A stretch of 64,000 nucleotides of DNA from Phycisphaerae bacterium (GCA_050115495.1 JASFQK010000001.1:96001-160000), one strand, 5' to 3'. Positions 39,668 through 48,853 are shown, numbered from the stretch's first letter. Made by a program: numbers and translations. Notes: generated by a model from the letters alone, not told the origin.

Positions 39668-40704
39668 ATTTCCTCAACGGCTCATTCCGCGTTGGCAGCC
39701 TCTTCGGCATCAATATCCGCGTGCACATGCTGTTCTTGCTGTACATCGCCTTCCGGCTCATTCAGGCCCAATCCTACTTCACCGTCCAGGCGGCCTTTCT
39801 CGCCATGCTGTTCGGCATCGTGCTCCTCCACGAGTTCGGCCACTGCCTCGGCGCCCGCTCCGTCGGCGGCGACGCCCGCGACATTCTCATGTGGCCCCTC
39901 GGCGGCTTGGCCTACGCTCACGCCCCGATGCGCCCCTGGCCGCAGTTCGTCACCATCGCCTGCGGCCCGCTCGTGAACCTGATCTTCGTCGTCATCAGCG
40001 GCATGTATGTCCTCACACAGACAGGCGCGTGGGAGCTCCTTCTGCTGAACCCGTTCGGCGGTCTCTATTTTCCCAACGAATCCATCAACTTCCTCGTCGC
40101 GGCCTGGATCTTCTACCAGGTCAACTTGATGCTTCTCGCTTTCAACCTGCTGCCCATCTATCCCCTCGATGGCGGGCAGATCTTTCAGGCCATCATCTGG
40201 CCTTTCGTCGGCCTCCAGCGGGCGACGTACATCGCCTGCCACGTCGGCCTCGCCGGCTCCATCGGCCTTGGCGTGTGGAGCCTCGCCGGCGGCGGCAACA
40301 CGCTCCTCTTCATCGCCATCTTCGGCGGCTACACCTGCTACCAACGCTTGCAGATGTTGCGCTATGGCGCGATCATCGACGACGACCGCTTCCGAACCTA
40401 CGGCGACACCGCTCGCTATTCCCGTCGGCGCAGCTTCTGGTCGCGCCTCTGGCGCCGCGGCAGCAGCAAGGGTCCCAGCACCCCCCTCGAACATCCCTGC
40501 CGCCCCCCGTCCCCAAACCCCAATCCCGGCGGCTGGGCGGCCCGTCAGTCCGAACGCGCCGCTCAGGACGAAGAGCTCGACCGCATTCTCAAGAAAGTCT
40601 CCGACCGCGGCATCGCCAGCCTCACCTACGTCGAGCGCCAAACCCTCGAACGCGTCACCCGCCAACGCCAACAGGAAGAACGCGAACTCAATCGCCATTC
40701 CTGA
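39664..40704 (+). CDS. Site-2 protease (M50) with a C-terminal helical tail
   Basis: LLHEFGH, GPLVN, FNLLPIYPLDGG; tail ELDRILKKVS..GI.SLT..E. Confidence 0.9.
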   Translation: MNFLNGSFRVGSLFGINIRVHMLFLLYIAFRLIQAQSYFTVQAAFLAMLFGIVLLHEFGHCLGARSVGGDARDILMWPLGGLAYAHAPMRPWPQFVTIACGPLVNLIFVVISGMYVLTQTGAWELLLLNPFGGLYFPNESINFLVAAWIFYQVNLMLLAFNLLPIYPLDGGQIFQAIIWPFVGLQRATYIACHVGLAGSIGLGVWSLAGGGNTLLFIAIFGGYTCYQRLQMLRYGAIIDDDRFRTYGDTARYSRRRSFWSRLWRRGSSKGPSTPLEHPCRPPSPNPNPGGWAARQSERAAQDEELDRILKKVSDRGIASLTYVERQTLERVTRQRQQEERELNRHS

Positions 40705-40754
40705 CGCTCGTTGCCTGCGCGCAAGTGAAGCGTGTTTGGACGGCCGGCACTTGG

Positions 40755-41297
40755 TTACGTGGCCGGCCTTTCCCCCTGACCGCTCTCCAACTCGCTCGTC
40801 GGAGCAGTCATCGCTGACGCCTGCGGCCCGGCCGAACCGAGGCGAAACACAGGCACCACCAGGCCCGGTAGGCCCATCCGCGACGTTATGCTCTGCAAGA
40901 GCTCTCGCCAGTATGGCCAGGCGTTGAAGACGCCATTGAATGTGCCGAAGCTGCGGAGATGCTCCTCTCCGAGACCGTTCATGCTGCTCGCCGCATACGT
41001 CAGCAGGAATGTCGCTTCGATCGCGATGGACGGCTGGTCACCCGTACTTCCCTCGCGATTTGCCGAGAAGCGAAAGCGCGCCAGCACAGCGATATGTGTG
41101 CCGTCGGGCTTGGCTTGTGTAGACGCGTTGTGCGCGAAACTCCACCGAAACCGCATCGGCGCCGGCAGCGCCAGCGCCGCCGGCTGCATCTGGCAGTTGC
41201 ACCGCACCAGCCGCACATCCTGAATCTGCACACGGTCCGATACCTGGACCGCGAGTTCCATGCGCGGCGTCACGCCTACCATCTTGGGTTCCGTCAT
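40755..41297 (-). CDS. SecB-like chaperone
   Basis: IEATFLLTY...F...NG.FNAWPYWRELLQSITSRMGLPGLVVP, matching the SecB helix/PY.R signature. Confidence 0.82.
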   Translation of the reverse strand: MTEPKMVGVTPRMELAVQVSDRVQIQDVRLVRCNCQMQPAALALPAPMRFRWSFAHNASTQAKPDGTHIAVLARFRFSANREGSTGDQPSIAIEATFLLTYAASSMNGLGEEHLRSFGTFNGVFNAWPYWRELLQSITSRMGLPGLVVPVFRLGSAGPQASAMTAPTSELESGQGERPAT

Positions 41298-41299
41298 GC

Positions 41300-41902
41300 T
41301 CACGCCGCCATCCCGGAACAACTTGTGCCAACGGTCGCGGGATGTTGATCTTCCACAAAGGTCACCGCCGTCGGCCATTGCTCATACAGGGCCCGCGAAG
41401 ACGCCGGATCGATGAAGACATCGGTTATCGCGGGCCACGTGATGGATGCCCAACCAGTCAGATCGGCGGCGGAATCGCCGCCGAGCATGGCGCGCGCGTC
41501 CGCGCTGTCGAAATACAAGCGAAGCAGCGTGTTCATCGCTCGCCCTTGAATCAACAGGCCGGACTCCCAGCGGGACAGTGTCTCCGCTGCAACGCCGATG
41601 TGCCCAGCCAACGCCCTCTGCGTGAGCCGAAGACGCACACGCTTCGCCCGAATTTCGTCAGGCTGAAGCAGACCCAACTGCGTGCGCAAGGCACGGTTGA
41701 TCTGCTCGTCCGTGTCATTGGAGAAGACCAGTTCCCCACACGCCGAGCACTTCGGCACGACCAGCTCGGGCACAGTCACGTCGTGCAAGCGGCCGTCGAG
41801 TCGCACCTGCGACGTGTACGGGATCGTGACCGGGCGTACCTCGCCTTTCAGGCATCTCGGACACGACCACGGGAAGGGCTTTGTCTTGTGCCTACGCTTC
41901 AT
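41300..41902 (-). CDS. MqsA-like antitoxin (Zn-finger plus XRE HTH) with a C-terminal extension
   Basis: CPRC...CSACGE; LLQPDEIRAKR..L.LTQ..LA..IGV...TLSRWESG; ~55-aa aromatic tail ending -AA. Confidence 0.88.
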   Translation of the reverse strand: MKRRHKTKPFPWSCPRCLKGEVRPVTIPYTSQVRLDGRLHDVTVPELVVPKCSACGELVFSNDTDEQINRALRTQLGLLQPDEIRAKRVRLRLTQRALAGHIGVAAETLSRWESGLLIQGRAMNTLLRLYFDSADARAMLGGDSAADLTGWASITWPAITDVFIDPASSRALYEQWPTAVTFVEDQHPATVGTSCSGMAA

Positions 41903-42239
41903 GGATGTTCACCACATCGATGGTGGTATCATCGATATCACGTTTCATCATCAGCCGCGTTTCTATGTATAGCGACCGTTTGTTGATGATCAGCCGAAAA
42001 TCGTGATGGAACTCGTGCTCGCTCCACTGCTCGCGGCACTCCTTCACCTCGTCGACTTCTCCTCCACCCTGCACGTGTCTCCACATGAGTTTCGCGATTT
42101 CGCGCGGCGTATAGCCGTCCAGGTTGGTTCGGACCCACTCCTCCGCCAGCCGCGTCCACGTCACGTACCCAGTACAGTCCCATTGACTCAAGGCTGCCTG
42201 ATAATGCCTCAGCCGCTCCGGGTCCGTCAGCGGCGCCAT
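41892..42239 (-). CDS. Putative MqsR/RelE-fold toxin
   Basis: 115 aa, overlaps the antitoxin start; C-terminal LYIE...VVNIH resembles MqsR-type LY.K...S.H. Confidence 0.65.
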   Translation of the reverse strand: MAPLTDPERLRHYQAALSQWDCTGYVTWTRLAEEWVRTNLDGYTPREIAKLMWRHVQGGGEVDEVKECREQWSEHEFHHDFRLIINKRSLYIETRLMMKRDIDDTTIDVVNIHEA

Positions 42240-42286
42240 CGGCCAGACCTCCCCTCAGGTCGGTGGAGACGCCGCACGTCTGTACG

Positions 42287-42318
42287 AGTATACGTTCTAT
42301 AATTGACGTAAGTCAATT
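42287..42318 (-). promoter_or_regulatory. Sigma70 promoter with an overlapping operator for the TA-chaperone operon
   Basis: Minus strand TTGACT-N18-TATACT; perfect inverted repeat AATTGAC-GTAA-GTCAATT at 42301-42318. Confidence 0.72.
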
Positions 42319-42596
42319 TCGGCATGATCGTTTCTGATCTTGACTGATGTGCCTGCCGGAACCGATAACGGTGTCCTCTTCCATCGGTAGTATCATACCC
42401 ATTCGCTGTGGTCCAGACGATCCACGGCGGCACAGGCGTTCAAGCAAGGTCTCAAGAGCCGACGGTTTTCCCTATCCGGTTATAAGCTACAGTCATAAAA
42501 CGACTTATGGAATACACCCTTCTCGGTGTCGGAGTCAGAGAACGACAGGATCAGGTGTTCGCGACGAGCGATCGGCTGTGCTTTCGCCAGGTGCAG

Positions 42597-45062
42597 TCAG
42601 CGCACGCGCAAATTCACCACGAACACCAGGGACTGCCCGTCATCCGTCGTTAGCCATTCGCCACCCGGTCCGCGGACGCCGACCAGTAGCGGGTGTTCGC
42701 CCCGGGGTGCGTCGGGCGGCAACGTGACGCTGACGGTCTCCACCACGATCTCCCCCGGCGGCCACGCGTGCATCGGATACGTCCTATAACACGACGGTCC
42801 GCGCCACTGAACGATCGCGTCGTCTCCGCCGCTCGTCGCGAGCCGAACCTCCACTTCAGTCCCTTCAGGCAACTCACCGCCCGCCAGCCGCCGCCAATGC
42901 AGCGTCCAGACGAGCTTCCCGCCCGCCGGCGCCGCCGGCAGGTCTATCTTCACCCCGATCAACTCCACTGCCTCGCCAAAGGTGCGCTCCACACGGATGG
43001 GCACGTCGAGCTCCGCTGCCGTCCAGCGCCACTCAGCCGCCTCCGCGCTCGACATGAGCACGTGCCAGAGCCGCCCGCAACCGCGATCGACGATGGATGT
43101 GACCACGCGAGGTCGGTTCCCGCCGGCGTCATCGGCCAGCGCTGCCGCCAGCTCCTCTTCTCCTACAACCGGATAGCGGTGCAGCACGGCCGCCGCGAAC
43201 TGAAGCCGCTCCAGCGGATTCCCCGCCGACGGACAAGGCCCGAGCGGATCCGGCGTTGCGCCGGGCGGCAGCGCCTGCCAGATGGCATAACTCTGCGCCT
43301 CGTCCAGCGACGTTGGGCTGTTCGGAAACACCCACCATCGCAGGAGTTCCATCGTCCGAATCTGGAAGCCCTCTGCCCACCCCTGCGTCCCGCCGTAGTC
43401 GGCGAAGTACTTGATGTCTTTGTCCCGCAGATACGCCTGCACGCCCTCTGTCCAGCCGCGCGGCAGATAGTCCTCGAAGTACTCCACGTCGTTCATCAGC
43501 CCGTCGAGGTTGAACACCCGGTGGTTCGGGGCGAAGAAGCCGAGCAGCCCCGCACTGAACGCACCAATCCGCTGCCCCGCCGGCAAACGCTCGTTAAACC
43601 AGCGGCCGCTCGTGACGAACGTGTTCGGCGCGGCGGTAGCCGCCCACGCGCCGGAGCGCCAGATCGGTTTCACGCCCACCAGTAACAGCAGTACCGCCGC
43701 GACTCCCGCCAGCAGCGAGGCCGTCCGCCCGGGCAACCCTCCTTCCCGCGCCTTCCCCAGCAGGCGCAGCGGTGCCGTCAGCACCTGCGCCACCCCGTAC
43801 ACACCCAGCCCAAGCAGCGACCACACCAGCAGCACCTCCGGCGTGAAATACCACGTGCAGTAGCGCGTGAAGTGCGGAAGCAGCAGCGAGAACATGCCGA
43901 AGTGCACGATCACGAACAGGACGAGCAGCGCCAGCAGCGTCTTGCGGGGAGACCAGAATCGCGGCGACCGGCGCCACTGCCAGGCGGACGCTGCCACCGC
44001 ACACAAACCACCAAAGCATGCCAGCGCCGCACACGCCGCCTGCAACCGCGGCACCCCGACCGCCAGACCGAACGCGCGGAACAGCAGCGCATCGACCCAG
44101 CGTGTCACCGGCGTCGTCGCCAGATCGCCGACGAAGCCCGCGTGCCAGCGCAACGCTTCAGCAGCACCGCCCGCAAACGGAAAGCCCCACTGGTCTTCAT
44201 AGAACATCTTGACCTTGCCACTGATCGGCGTGAACGTGCCGAAATACAGCTTGCTGAAGACACACCAGCCGCCCACCAGCAGCAAACCCGGCAGGGCGAA
44301 CAACACCGCGCCTGCCCAGTTCAGACGCCAGCGCGCCGCGCGTGCCGGGCTCAACAGCGAAAGCCATACGGCCAGCCCCAGCAGCACCGCCAACACGCCC
44401 CCCTCTACGCGGGCCAGCACAAACAGCGCCGTGAGTGTCCCGAGAACCAGGTGACCGCGCACAAGGTCGCTTCGAGTTGCGATACTCTCGCGTGGTGCCA
44501 GCCACGCCGCACCGTATGCCGCGATCAGAACCAGCAACAGACCATAGAGGCCGTTCTCCATACCCTGTAGCGCCAGCCGGTCGACGAAAGCGGTCAATAG
44601 CCAGCCGATCGACACGAACAAGGCGGCACCGCGATCCACACATGACAGTGCGCGATACAACAGCACGCCCGCAAGTCCCCACAGTACGGCGGAGAGCGCG
44701 CCCAGCAATCGCAGGAGGAACTCGTGGTCGTGGGTCAATCCCGCCAGAACGACAGCGATCATCGCCCACAACGGCTGCACGCCGCCGCTGCGGTGCTCCC
44801 CGTCAAAGGCATAGCCGTGGCCTGCGAGAAAATGCTCGGCTGGAACGAGGTAGTAGACGGCATCGTCGACGATCACGTTCCCGGAGAGTACATCGATCGG
44901 CAGGCTGCACAGGCGCACCACGCCGGCCGCATAGAACAGCACGGCCAGCCCCAACACGACAGCAGCGCCGCTGCGCCACACGCTGTCCGTCCGCGTGGAC
45001 CGCTCCTGGTCGCGCAGGTTCGCGACCGTCGGACTCGCTTCGTGCATCATCAACTGCCCCAT
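42597..45062 (-). CDS. Large polytopic membrane protein, GT-C glycosyltransferase-like, with a C-terminal soluble domain
   Basis: DDAVYY....H...G.G..FDG.....G.QPLW, GMEN, LAR.EG, NLDGLMND. Confidence 0.7.
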   Translation of the reverse strand: MGQLMMHEASPTVANLRDQERSTRTDSVWRSGAAVVLGLAVLFYAAGVVRLCSLPIDVLSGNVIVDDAVYYLVPAEHFLAGHGYAFDGEHRSGGVQPLWAMIAVVLAGLTHDHEFLLRLLGALSAVLWGLAGVLLYRALSCVDRGAALFVSIGWLLTAFVDRLALQGMENGLYGLLLVLIAAYGAAWLAPRESIATRSDLVRGHLVLGTLTALFVLARVEGGVLAVLLGLAVWLSLLSPARAARWRLNWAGAVLFALPGLLLVGGWCVFSKLYFGTFTPISGKVKMFYEDQWGFPFAGGAAEALRWHAGFVGDLATTPVTRWVDALLFRAFGLAVGVPRLQAACAALACFGGLCAVAASAWQWRRSPRFWSPRKTLLALLVLFVIVHFGMFSLLLPHFTRYCTWYFTPEVLLVWSLLGLGVYGVAQVLTAPLRLLGKAREGGLPGRTASLLAGVAAVLLLLVGVKPIWRSGAWAATAAPNTFVTSGRWFNERLPAGQRIGAFSAGLLGFFAPNHRVFNLDGLMNDVEYFEDYLPRGWTEGVQAYLRDKDIKYFADYGGTQGWAEGFQIRTMELLRWWVFPNSPTSLDEAQSYAIWQALPPGATPDPLGPCPSAGNPLERLQFAAAVLHRYPVVGEEELAAALADDAGGNRPRVVTSIVDRGCGRLWHVLMSSAEAAEWRWTAAELDVPIRVERTFGEAVELIGVKIDLPAAPAGGKLVWTLHWRRLAGGELPEGTEVEVRLATSGGDDAIVQWRGPSCYRTYPMHAWPPGEIVVETVSVTLPPDAPRGEHPLLVGVRGPGGEWLTTDDGQSLVFVVNLRVR

Positions 45063-45270
45063 GGCCGAACACTCGCCAGCTCGACCGCCGGCACTGAGGG
45101 CAGTGATAAACGCGAGGTGGTTTCGTCGTCAATTGGGATAGTAACTAATATTACGATCTTTAAAGTTTAAACTCTTGTTACCTCTAATCAATCCATCGAC
45201 GTCGCCTTGGCGAGTGCAGTTGACAGCGCAACCTCCACGTACGTACCTTGCGCAAACCAAGGAGGTAACC

Positions 45271-46173
45271 ATGTCCAAACCCGCCCCGCGCCTCGGCAAG
45301 GGTCTCAGCGCCCTGATCTCCCCGCATAGCCCCCCTGCCGAGCCGCCCGCAGCCACCGAACCCAACGCCGGCAGCGCCCTGCGCGAGCTGCCGACTAGCA
45401 GCATCCAGGCCAACAGCCGGCAGCCGCGCAAGCAGTTCGATACGGCCGCCATCGAAAAGCTCGCCGACTCCATCCGCCGAACGGGCGTCCTCCAACCCGT
45501 CCTCGTTCGGCCCGTCCAGGACGGTCGCTTCGAACTGCTCGCCGGCGAACGCCGCTGGCGTGCCGCCACCGCCGCCGGCCTCGAGCACGTTCCGGCGATC
45601 ATCCGCGACGCCACCGACGCCCAGGCCATCGAAGTTGCCCTGATCGAGAATCTCCAGCGTGAGGACCTCCGCCCGCTCGAACGCGCCACCGCCTATCGCG
45701 AATACATGAGCCGCTTCGACGTCGGCGCCGACGACCTTGCTCAGCGCCTCGGCGAGAGCCGGGCAAACGTCTCCAATTACATACGCCTGCTGAAGTTGTC
45801 CGACGACATCCGCGCTATGATCGAGTCAGGCGAGCTCGGCATGGGCCAGGCCCGCGCCATCGCCGGCATCGAAGACCCGCAGCGCCAACTGGCCATCGCA
45901 CGACTGGCCGTTCGCCGGAACCTGGCTGTTCGGCAGGTCGAGGCCCTGGCCCAGGCGCGGCAGGTGGAGCACGAACGTAAGCAGGCTACGCCGGACGGCG
46001 CGGCGCGTCATCTCGAAGAGCTGGCCGGCGGCTTCAGCCGGTCGCTGGGTTTGCGGGTTCAGTTGCAGTCCGGCAAGAAGAAGAACTCAGGTCGCGTGAT
46101 CATTCACTTCGACAACCTGGATCAGTTCGATCGTATCGCCGAGGCTATTGGGGGTGCCAAGGCCGTGGAGTGA
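45271..46173 (+). CDS. parB: Chromosome partition protein ParB/Spo0J
   Basis: RLGKGLSALI, QPRK.F, GVLQPVLVR, AGERRWRA, LIENLQREDL; AAGGAGG RBS. Confidence 0.96.
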   Translation: MSKPAPRLGKGLSALISPHSPPAEPPAATEPNAGSALRELPTSSIQANSRQPRKQFDTAAIEKLADSIRRTGVLQPVLVRPVQDGRFELLAGERRWRAATAAGLEHVPAIIRDATDAQAIEVALIENLQREDLRPLERATAYREYMSRFDVGADDLAQRLGESRANVSNYIRLLKLSDDIRAMIESGELGMGQARAIAGIEDPQRQLAIARLAVRRNLAVRQVEALAQARQVEHERKQATPDGAARHLEELAGGFSRSLGLRVQLQSGKKKNSGRVIIHFDNLDQFDRIAEAIGGAKAVE

Positions 46174-46179
46174 CCCATC

Positions 46180-47040
46180 ATGTCGCACGAACGGGTTCCG
46201 GCGCAGGCCGGTCGCTTCTATCCAAGCAGCCGGACCGAATGCGAGAGCATGTTGGACGAGTTCGTAGCAGGGGCGAAGAAGCGTGACGGCATAGCGGCGA
46301 TCATCCCGCATGCGGGCTGGGTGTACAGCGGGGCGACTGCGGCGTTGGGGATCGCGGGTGTGGCGGAGACGCCTGCGGATACGGTCGTCGTCTTCGGGGC
46401 GGTTCACGTACAGACCCGGTCGGAAGCCAGCCTGTGGGCGAAGGGCGTCTGGCGAACGCCGCTGGGGGCGATGGACATCGACGAGGAATTGGCGGCGGGG
46501 ATTGCCACGTGCGACCACGTGAGCGTGGACGAATCTGCCCATTTGCGAGAGCACGCCATCGAGGTTGAGGTCCCGCTGATTCAGCGACTGCTCGGTGACA
46601 AGCGCATCGTGCCGCTCATGGTGCGACCGGGGCCGAACGGGCCGGAGATCGGCCGACAGTGCGCGGAGAAGGCGAGAGAATTGGGCAAGAAGGTTGTGTT
46701 CCTCGGCTCGACGGATCTGACGCACTACGGTCCCGGATTCGGCTTTGAGCCCGAGGGAAGGGGGGCGACGGGGATCCGTTGGGCGAAGGAGGTCAACGAT
46801 CGGCGGTTCGTGAAGCTCATCGAGGAGTTGAACGCGCCGGCGGTTGTGCCGGAGGCGACGGCCCGCCGGAATGCCTGCGGAGCGGGAGCGGTTGCAGCAA
46901 CCATCGGGGCAGCGTTGGAGTTCGGGGCGACCCGATACGAGGAGCTGGCCCACACCAGCAGCGCTGAAATCGAGATCGCCGAGGGCGGATACCCACTCAA
47001 TTCGGTCGGCTACGAGGCGGGTATATTCCTGACGAAGTGA
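46180..47040 (+). CDS. amrB: AmmeMemoRadiSam system protein B (Memo-like)
   Basis: AGRFYP, PHAGWVYSG, EHAIEVEVP, STDLTHYG, NACG, SVGY. Confidence 0.88.
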   Translation: MSHERVPAQAGRFYPSSRTECESMLDEFVAGAKKRDGIAAIIPHAGWVYSGATAALGIAGVAETPADTVVVFGAVHVQTRSEASLWAKGVWRTPLGAMDIDEELAAGIATCDHVSVDESAHLREHAIEVEVPLIQRLLGDKRIVPLMVRPGPNGPEIGRQCAEKARELGKKVVFLGSTDLTHYGPGFGFEPEGRGATGIRWAKEVNDRRFVKLIEELNAPAVVPEATARRNACGAGAVAATIGAALEFGATRYEELAHTSSAEIEIAEGGYPLNSVGYEAGIFLTK

Positions 47041-47047
47041 GCAAACG

Positions 47048-47063
47048 TGTTTCACGTGAAACA
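47048..47063. promoter_or_regulatory. parS: Perfect parS centromere site
   Basis: TGTTTCACGTGAAACA within the 20-bp palindrome CGTGTTTCACGTGAAACACG, ~0.9 kb from parB. Confidence 0.93.
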
Positions 47064-47128
47064 CGCCCAACCCACCGGCGGCCCGCCGGGCGCCAGATCT
47101 ACAATTTCTATATAATCTAGAAACCACC

Positions 47129-47659
47129 CTACGGGGCCGCGATCGTCGTCAACCGCACCAGCTCGGCCTCCCGCTCGTACGGGCGGAGATAGTGCCGCTC
47201 GCGGGCAACCTCGCGCATTCCCGCGGAAAAATAGCAGGCCACGGCCGCGCGGTTCTCCGGAAACACCACGAGGCTGACCCGATTCGCCCCCCGCCGATGA
47301 AACGCCCGCCGCAACAGCGCCTCCGTCAACGCCCGCCCCACGCCACGGCCGCGCCTCGCCGGCGCCACCAGCAGATGACCCAGCCAAAAATGCCCCGCCG
47401 ACCGGCTGAGCACGTTCAACTCGCCATACGCCACGGGCGGTTCGCGCCGCGCCCGACAGAGCATTAACGGCTCATGTCCAGGCGTCGTCCAGTCGCGAAC
47501 CTGCTCCGCCGTGATCGGCGGCGGCGTCTTCGGTGCTAACCACAACGCTTCCGCATCGTCGACGACCCAGGACGCGACCAGGTCGGCGTACTGCGCGTCA
47601 AACGGCAGTAGCCGCAACGTGGACGCTTCCAGTGGTCGCCGGGCAGGGCGGGTTGTCAT
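47129..47659 (-). CDS. GNAT acetyltransferase
   Basis: LLVAPARRGRGVG..L, V...N..A..CY...G. Confidence 0.85.
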   Translation of the reverse strand: MTTRPARRPLEASTLRLLPFDAQYADLVASWVVDDAEALWLAPKTPPPITAEQVRDWTTPGHEPLMLCRARREPPVAYGELNVLSRSAGHFWLGHLLVAPARRGRGVGRALTEALLRRAFHRRGANRVSLVVFPENRAAVACYFSAGMREVARERHYLRPYEREAELVRLTTIAAP

Positions 47660-47767
47660 CGCCGAGGTCCTGGATTGCCTGGATCGCACCGCGCGAGATA
47701 ATGCTCGCCCGGGCGGGCGCGGCGGCCCGCGCCGGCCTCATTCTAACGAGTGCGGAGCAGGCATCCT

Positions 47768-48460
47768 ATGGCGGATCAACCGCAGCAGCTTCACGGCTAC
47801 CCGGTAATGTGCCGGCGGATCGAGGTCGGCGGGCACGTGTACGAACTGCTCGGGCCGGCGAACTACAACACGCTCGTCGACGACCCGCGCGTCGAGGCCA
47901 AGTTCGCTCGCGACGAGTACATGCCGTATTGGGCCGAGCTCTGGCCGGCGTGCCTGCTCCTTGCCGACGCGATCACGCAGTGGCCGGCGACGGGCAGTGA
48001 TGGTAAATTATTGACGTTACTAGATTTAGGTTGTGGCCTGGGCATAACCGCCCTGGTGGCGGTTCGCCGAGGCTTCTCCGTAACCGCTTCCGACTACGAG
48101 CCGGACGCGCTGAAGTTTGTGGCGGACAGCGCCCGGCGGAACGGCTTGGCCGTACCGACGCTCGAGTGCTTCGATTGGCGGGAGCGCTACGAGGGGCTCT
48201 CGTTCGACCGGATCGTCGGGGCAGAGCTGCTCTACGAGATACGGAACCTCCGCCCGATCGCCACGTTCATCAAGGCACACCTGCGGCCCGACGGGCTCGC
48301 GCTGCTGAGCGACGCTCGGCGAACGACGGCGGACGAGTTCGCCACTGTCGCGTGGGAGTGCGGGCTGACGGTTCGCGAGGAGGTCGGCGAACGCGCGGCG
48401 GAGGGAGACACGCCGGCGGTGCGCGGTCGGCTGTTCTACTTGCAGCACGCCGGCGCGTGA
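47768..48460 (+). CDS. Class I SAM-dependent methyltransferase (lysine MTase family 16-like)
   Basis: PYWAELWP, LDLGCGLG, ASDY, FDW, FD.IVGAELLY. Confidence 0.85.
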   Translation: MADQPQQLHGYPVMCRRIEVGGHVYELLGPANYNTLVDDPRVEAKFARDEYMPYWAELWPACLLLADAITQWPATGSDGKLLTLLDLGCGLGITALVAVRRGFSVTASDYEPDALKFVADSARRNGLAVPTLECFDWRERYEGLSFDRIVGAELLYEIRNLRPIATFIKAHLRPDGLALLSDARRTTADEFATVAWECGLTVREEVGERAAEGDTPAVRGRLFYLQHAGA

Positions 48461-48654
48461 GCGGAACGGCCGCTCGAAGCGGCGCATGTGGCGGGGGAGG
48501 ACACTTGGTCTGCGGGCGCCGGCTGCGGGCGTCCGGGTATCTTATGCCCCGGTGTCCGAATAGAGGGGTAAGAATATAAATCCTTTTGTGATAAAGATTT
48601 ATCATATAATCCCCCAACGATCTTCCGGAATCGGGACCGGTCGCGCTTGACGAG

Positions 48655-48683
48655 TTGCAGCCGCTTGGAACTTACGCTATACT
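48655..48683 (+). promoter_or_regulatory. Sigma70-type promoter of the sigma-factor gene
   Basis: TTGCAG-N17-TATACT. Confidence 0.6.
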
Positions 48684-48853
48684 TCACGAGTAAGGCTCCC
48701 CTGAAGTGCCGTGCCCGGCGCTAGTCTGGCTCCCCTTAGTCGGGCAAACGGCTTCTGCACCACAATTGTGTCGCCGCATTTTGCGGCAGCGCGCAGCGTG
48801 CCCTAATGGTTGCGCTGTGAGGCAACAGGGTCGTTGGGCCCTGTGGGAGGTTA

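Noticed and set aside
42227..42326. Possible leader peptide (MPKLTYVNY...) upstream of the toxin
   Set aside because: It runs across the predicted promoter/operator and has no clear RBS.
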